This document shows positions 27,689 to 32,000 of a stretch of DNA of 32,000 bases, piece after piece. Source of the DNA: Saccharolobus solfataricus (GTDB lineage: Archaea; Thermoproteota; Thermoprotei_A; Sulfolobales; Sulfolobaceae); assembly GCF_900079115.1 (NCBI RefSeq), contig NZ_LT549890.1:1710001-1742000 (forward strand). Reading direction: 5' to 3'. The translations under genes and the position numbers were made by a program. Under the pieces are notes generated by a model, which had not been told where the DNA came from, did no database searches, and saw only the letters and a program-made list of their open reading frames with translations. The stretch's first letter is position 1; each line of letters begins with the position of its first letter.

Positions 27689-28177
27689 TTAAACGGGGTT
27701 GTTTTGCACAACGACTCTTTTTACCCTCCTACACTTCTGCAATAGTTTTAACTTATTGACACTTGAGGGTATTATAAGCTCATCAACATCACTTATTTCT
27801 TGAATATATTTTTCTATATCGTCATCTGAAATACCAACTAGGCTTAATTTCTTTATGCCTTTAAATGCAATGGGTTTACTTGTTTGCATTATCTCCTCTT
27901 TGTTTACTGATAGTTCATCTATGTCGGAAATTATTATCAAATTACCCATTCCTTCCTTAAATCCTTCGATAAACGTCTTACCACTTTCAACTACTCCACT
28001 AGCAGTTCTTTTGGCAGCATCCGAGATGTCTAGAAATGTCTTGAAGGCTTGATTGGTAACTTCCCCGATGGTCTTACCAGAAGATCTAGCAATTTCTGTT
28101 AGCTTTCTATATATTTTCTCATCTACTCCTCTTATTGTGATTGTTTTCTTATTGTTTTCATTGTTTTCTTGACTCAT
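27689..28177 (-). CDS. protein with RHH-like N-terminus and uncharacterised C-terminal domain
   Basis: 162 aa. KKTITIRGVDEKIYRKLTEIARSSGKTIGEVTNQAFKTFL resembles Arc/MetJ/FitA-type RHH. The C-terminal half matches no motif I recognise. Confidence 0.5.
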   Translation of the reverse strand: MSQENNENNKKTITIRGVDEKIYRKLTEIARSSGKTIGEVTNQAFKTFLDISDAAKRTASGVVESGKTFIEGFKEGMGNLIIISDIDELSVNKEEIMQTSKPIAFKGIKKLSLVGISDDDIEKYIQEISDVDELIIPSSVNKLKLLQKCRRVKRVVVQNNPV

Positions 28178-28221
28178 ATGTTAAACGTGTATTACACACT
28201 TATAAATTTTTCCTAACCTAA

Positions 28222-29280
28222 TGCTTTGTGGATTGCTTCAGAATTGTACAAAAAGTTTATAAATTATTCGTTTAAGTATTACCTATGGGAAAGAGTAAGT
28301 ACAAGAGGGACTGGAGCAAGTACGACGAGAACGTCATTACTAGATATAAGTTGATGTTCCCCTTCTACGTATTCGAACATTGGTGGGACTTATTAGCAGA
28401 GGAGAACAGGAACGCTAGGACAAAGTATAAAGCTCCGAAGGAGTTCGACGAATTCCTAGCCTTCCTCCACATCTTCCTACCTTACAGAGCAATAGAAGGA
28501 GTATTAAGAGCCTTAGAACAATTGAAGATCATCCCCACAAGCCTCGATTACTCAACAATATGGAAGAGAGTGAGGAACATGAAAATAACCTTCCCCGAGG
28601 CAAGTGACGAACTTGAAGTAATTGCAGACGCTACAGGCATTAGCACAAACACGGGAGGACAATACATTGTTGCCAAGTGGGGTAAGACTAGGGATTCAAA
28701 ATTCCTCAAGATCGAGATAGTAATGGACAATAACGAATTCAACGTGATAAACGCTGAGGTCACTAGCAACGAGGTTGAAAGCGCTGTAAAAACAGTTAAG
28801 GATCTTCAAGATAAGGGAAAGAAGGTCAAGAAGTTTTATGGAGATAAGACATATGACGCCAATGAGGTTTACAAGACCGGAGTTGAGGTTGTAGTTCCTC
28901 CCAAGAAGAACGCTTCTACTAAAAGGGGCCATCTTGCTAGACGTAAGGCTGTGCGGGAGTTTAGGAAGTTGGGTTATGATCGTTGGAGGGAGGAGAAGGG
29001 TTATGGCGTTAGGTGGAGGGTCGAGTCCTTGTTCTCTGCGGTGAAGCGTACTTTTGGGGAATCGGTTAGGGCAACAAGTTTTGCTGGACAAGTAGTTGAG
29101 GCTAAGCTCAAGTTCTGGGCTTACGCGTGGATGGTTCACTTGGCGAATTCTGTAGTCGGTAGGGCTCCGGGCATTAGGGTGTAAGCTTGAGAGGAACGTT
29201 GAAATAAATATTAATTACTGAAAAATTAGTGTTATACAATATCGTTTTAATGAGACAAATTGAACAAATCAACAAAGTAC
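28222..29280 (+). mobile_element. ISC1058-like IS (IS5 family), 1059 bp
   Basis: Imperfect inverted termini tgctttgtggattgcttcag... and ...ttgaacaaatcaacaaagtac. An 8-bp direct repeat taacctaa lies at 28214-28221 and 29281-29288. Confidence 0.8.
28285..29184 (+). CDS. IS5-family DDE transposase
   Basis: 299 aa. VIADATGIS, FYGDKTYDA and RWRVESLFSAVKRTFG. Confidence 0.8.
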   Translation: MGKSKYKRDWSKYDENVITRYKLMFPFYVFEHWWDLLAEENRNARTKYKAPKEFDEFLAFLHIFLPYRAIEGVLRALEQLKIIPTSLDYSTIWKRVRNMKITFPEASDELEVIADATGISTNTGGQYIVAKWGKTRDSKFLKIEIVMDNNEFNVINAEVTSNEVESAVKTVKDLQDKGKKVKKFYGDKTYDANEVYKTGVEVVVPPKKNASTKRGHLARRKAVREFRKLGYDRWREEKGYGVRWRVESLFSAVKRTFGESVRATSFAGQVVEAKLKFWAYAWMVHLANSVVGRAPGIRV

Positions 29281-29288
29281 TAACCTAA

Positions 29289-29420
29289 TGCTTTGTGGAC
29301 TTGTTGATTTTTAGCAAACGTTTAAGAGATCTCACAAGCCTAAATTGTAGACCTTGAGATTAATTGAAAGGAAGATAATAGTGGTTTGGTGTAGAAATAT
29401 TCAACATATCAACTAAGCAT
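29289..29420 (+). mobile_element. 132-bp MITE with ISC1058-type termini (SM3-like, name from memory)
   Basis: Termini are tgctttgtggacttgttga... and ...tcaacatatcaactaagcat. It is flanked by taacctaa at 29281-29288 and 29421-29428. No ORF. Confidence 0.75.
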
Positions 29421-29589
29421 TAACCTAAAAGTTGTGAATTACTTCAAGATTATGCAAAGATTTGTAATTAATTCCATCTAGTCTTATCGATTGGAAAGAA
29501 GAAATGTATGAGGAATTTAGAATATGATAAAAGGAAGACAAGCCTCGCCCCTACTAGGGGTATAGCCTTTTAAACTCTGAATACTTTAA

Positions 29590-29829
29590 AGTATCGAGAA
29601 ACTGAAATCCACAAGACATACTAAGTACCTATGTAACTATTATTTCGTATAGATGCCAAAGTATCTTAGAAGCACATTAGTCGATGAAGATGTGGAATAC
29701 ACTAAAGAGATTCTAAGATCTATTGCAGAAGAACTTAGTTGTAAGATAATATCCCTTGAAGTGATGCCAAACCACATACATCTCTTCGTGAATTGCCCAT
29801 CCAGATATGTACCCTCATACCTAGCAAAA
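29590..29829 (+). pseudogene. IS200/IS605 TnpA (Y1/HUH transposase) remnant
   Basis: Own translation: SIEKLKSTRHTKYLCNYYFV*MPKYLRSTLVDEDVEYTKEILRSIAEELSCKIISLEVMPNHIHLFVNCPSRYVPSYLAK. An HUH motif is present. There is no start codon, one internal stop, and the catalytic-Tyr region is missing. Confidence 0.65.
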
Positions 29830-29834
29830 ACTAC

Positions 29835-29996
29835 TTTGCGGTTATTAGTTACGGTACAGATAAATATGGGAACAAGAGGTATGGGATAACGATACCTGCT
29901 AAGCTAAGAGAAAAGGGAAAAATATACGGAAAAGAGGTGATAGTAACTGTCATCTTACCAATTATGAATAGAGTGATAGTGCCAAGGAAGCATTAG
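29835..29996 (+). CDS. possible AbrB/SpoVT-fold small protein, 5' end obscured by the TnpA remnant
   Basis: KRYGITIPAKLREKGKIYGKEVIVTVI resembles the swapped-hairpin antitoxin/AbrB motif. The only in-frame ATG (29793) lies inside the TnpA remnant. Confidence 0.3.
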   Translation, partial: FAVISYGTDKYGNKRYGITIPAKLREKGKIYGKEVIVTVILPIMNRVIVPRKH

Positions 29997-30108
29997 AGAA
30001 CTTCCAGTTCGTAATAATAAACGGTAGGGTGGAGTTTAATGATATACCTAGAGATCTCATCTTGATTGTATCAAAAGATGATTGATTGAGAAACTATCTT
30101 TACCAGCT

Positions 30109-30489
30109 CTACAGCTCCATATATTCCCAGAGCTTTCCTTTTCTCTTGAATTTTCTTCTAATTTCACTATATTTTTTGAGAACCTCTTTTTTGAATTCCT
30201 CGTCTCCGCATAATATTTTCCCATCCTCTATGATTTCTAGTATAAACGTAGAACCTCCTTCTAACTTCTTTAGGAAAACTTGAGTATTCATAGCTATTGG
30301 CATAACCTTTGGAAATTCTATGCTATAAGTTATTGCAAAACCTTTTCTAGGATCACGTGGAAAGACGTCGGAAACTATTAAAACGTCAATATCACTCTGA
30401 TCAGTATAGTCTCCTCTAGCATAAGAACCAAAGATAACAACTAGCTTAGGAGTAAACTTAGAATATATTTCACATAGACGTTCCAACAA
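30109..30489 (-). CDS. minimal nucleotidyltransferase (MNT) of a HEPN-MNT module
   Basis: 126 aa. VVIFGSYARGDYTDQSDIDVLIV (GS-x-RG...D-x-D). Confidence 0.85.
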   Translation of the reverse strand: MLERLCEIYSKFTPKLVVIFGSYARGDYTDQSDIDVLIVSDVFPRDPRKGFAITYSIEFPKVMPIAMNTQVFLKKLEGGSTFILEIIEDGKILCGDEEFKKEVLKKYSEIRRKFKRKGKLWEYMEL

Positions 30490-30862
30490 TTTCTTTCACC
30501 CAAGCTAAAATTTTCCTAGCACATTCTAAACAAGACGTAGCATCATCTTTGCTGTAATAATCTAATGGAGCCCCTTGATCGTACACATCAGGATATCGAG
30601 AAGGAATATAATTCTTATCAAGCTCTTGTGCACATTTTAATATCCAGTCGGGAATAGATATAGATGAGAATTGTAAAAGAAAAGTAATAGAGTGTCCTCT
30701 CATCTCCTTATGGAAATAACTTAGCAAGGATTTAACGGATTTTTCAGCAACTTGTTGTGCTTCATAGCAAGTTTCTTCATAAATTCCATTTTCGAAATTG
30801 AGTTCTGCAGACTTAAGGTTTCTCTCTGCTTGCCTCAGCCAATCATAATATCTACTTACCAC
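30470..30862 (-). CDS. HEPN domain protein
   Basis: 130 aa, helical. AERNLKSAE...YEETCYEAQQVAEKSVK...YIPSRYPD pattern. Overlaps the MNT gene by 20 nt. Confidence 0.75.
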   Translation of the reverse strand: MVSRYYDWLRQAERNLKSAELNFENGIYEETCYEAQQVAEKSVKSLLSYFHKEMRGHSITFLLQFSSISIPDWILKCAQELDKNYIPSRYPDVYDQGAPLDYYSKDDATSCLECARKILAWVKEIVGTSM

Positions 30863-31003
30863 TGAGTAATAATATAACCTAAGAGCTTATTAAGTTTAGC
30901 ACTCTACTGTTTTCATTAAGTTTATAATCTAGTATTAGTTGATAAAAATAATATTAGAATATGTCTATTCTATTATGATGATCTCCGTAAGCATATCGAT
31001 CTT

Positions 31004-31023
31004 GTGAGCTACCCCCTCCTAAA
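31004..31023 (-). repeat. orphan 20-nt copy of the IS200/IS605 right-end terminus
   Basis: gtgagctaccccctcctaaa is identical to 22560..22579. Similarity ends abruptly on the inner side. Confidence 0.6.
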
Positions 31024-31138
31024 CGGTAGACTCAAAATCATTTTACAAAAAATAATTTCGGTTGGGTAATATCAGATTCTGAAAAATAATAGAATTTATA
31101 GCTTTAATAAGAACGCAACTAATTGAAGAAAGATTTAA

Positions 31139-31875
31139 GGTGAGGAAGCCGGTATTATCACGTGGTGAAGACAAGGTGATAACACCTGGTCTTCCTCACC
31201 AAAATAATCTACAACAAGTAGGGTATAAATTACTTTCCATGTTGAGCTTCAAGGGAAGAAAGGCTGAGGAGGTATCGAGAGTTCTGGTCTTCGCGTGCTT
31301 GTGGAACGACTCCGTGGAAAGCAAGTCCAAAGGGTATAACGTGTCACCACAGACCGTGAGGAACTACGTGGAGGAGCAGGGAACTGAGGTGATCGAGAAG
31401 CTATTAGAGTCCATGAGGAGGATTTCCATGGAGATACTCAAGGGAGTGAAGGAAGTCGACATCTCCATAGACTGGACAACCAAGACGTGGTATGGTAAGC
31501 CGGTGGAGGGACTGGGTAGTTCAGCCAAGGGGAACTCGTGGAACTACGCTACCGCGATCACGAAGTATCAGAATATGGTGCTCCTCCTAGCTTTCGTTCC
31601 CCAAGTTAACGGGATGAGCAAGGATGAGATCGTGAAGTTCCTCATGGAGCAAATTGTGGGAATGGGCCTCAAGGTGGGACTCGTAACCTTGGACGCGGGA
31701 TTCTACACCGTGGAAGTCCTCAAGTTCATATCGCAGTTCAAGTTCGTGATAGGAGTCCCTGTGGGGGACGTGAAGATCTACGAGGAGTTCGACGGAGAGT
31801 ACACGACAAACAGTAAGAGGCATAAGAAGGAAGAGTAGGTCAAGTTCAGACTCCTGGTGTATGGTAAGGAAATCG
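31139..31875 (+). mobile_element. 5' portion of an ISH3/IS4-like IS, truncated
   Basis: A GC-rich block starts at a 62-nt palindromic sequence. The transposase ORF ends prematurely and the composition returns to AT-rich at about 31875. Both boundaries are approximate. Confidence 0.5.
31140..31838 (+). pseudogene. truncated DDE transposase gene
   Basis: 232 aa. DISIDWTTKTWYG and VTLDAGFYT match the first two acidic motifs, and no third (E) motif follows. An in-frame TAG is followed by 13 more sense codons. The real start is possibly the ATG at 31239. Confidence 0.6.
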
Positions 31876-32000
31876 TTTAGTAGTTTAAGGATATTCCCTT
31901 ACCATAAAAAGTCAAAATATTTATCCATGTATTTATAAATATCTTTCATTGTACTTCTTAATATTATAGCTTATCAATAAACATTTTTCATCTAACCAGG

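Overview
AT-rich (about 35% GC by eye) crenarchaeal chromosome segment. Gene content and IS types look like Saccharolobus/Sulfolobus solfataricus; ISC names are recalled from element lengths and termini, not from a search.

Housekeeping and metabolic genes:
- Partial NDP-forming acyl-CoA synthetase, UbiE-family methyltransferase, FtsX-like permease, amidohydrolase.
- M19 dipeptidase, MFS transporter, KaiC-like ATPase, UppP, HtpX, class I GATase.
- Aldehyde dehydrogenase and two tandem radical SAM/SPASM enzymes.

Mobile DNA makes up roughly a quarter of the window by my own count:
- A 1.23-kb IS splits a sulfocyanin-like cupredoxin gene.
- A 1359-bp ISC1359-like IS sits between a truncated transposase gene and a decayed vapC.
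- A tnpB-only IS200/IS605 element (ISC1316-like).
- A 1059-bp ISC1058-like IS lies in tandem with a 132-bp MITE that has the same termini.
- A truncated ISH3/IS4-like IS, a TnpA remnant, three copies of a 214-bp MITE (one carrying a nested 130-bp MITE) and one degenerate MITE.

Most interesting non-mobile signals:
- A gene neighbourhood at 5.8-11.7 kb combines two DUF2249-like proteins, a cupin, a Met/Gly-rich membrane protein, a Met/Gly-rich cupredoxin, a hemerythrin-like protein and an HTH_10 regulator. This is a possible O2/NO/copper-handling module.
- A 76-aa protein with two C2H2 zinc fingers.
- The overlapping radical SAM pair, preceded by an RHH-domain protein of unknown function.

No rRNA, tRNA or CRISPR array was seen. 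All family assignments come from motif reading only.
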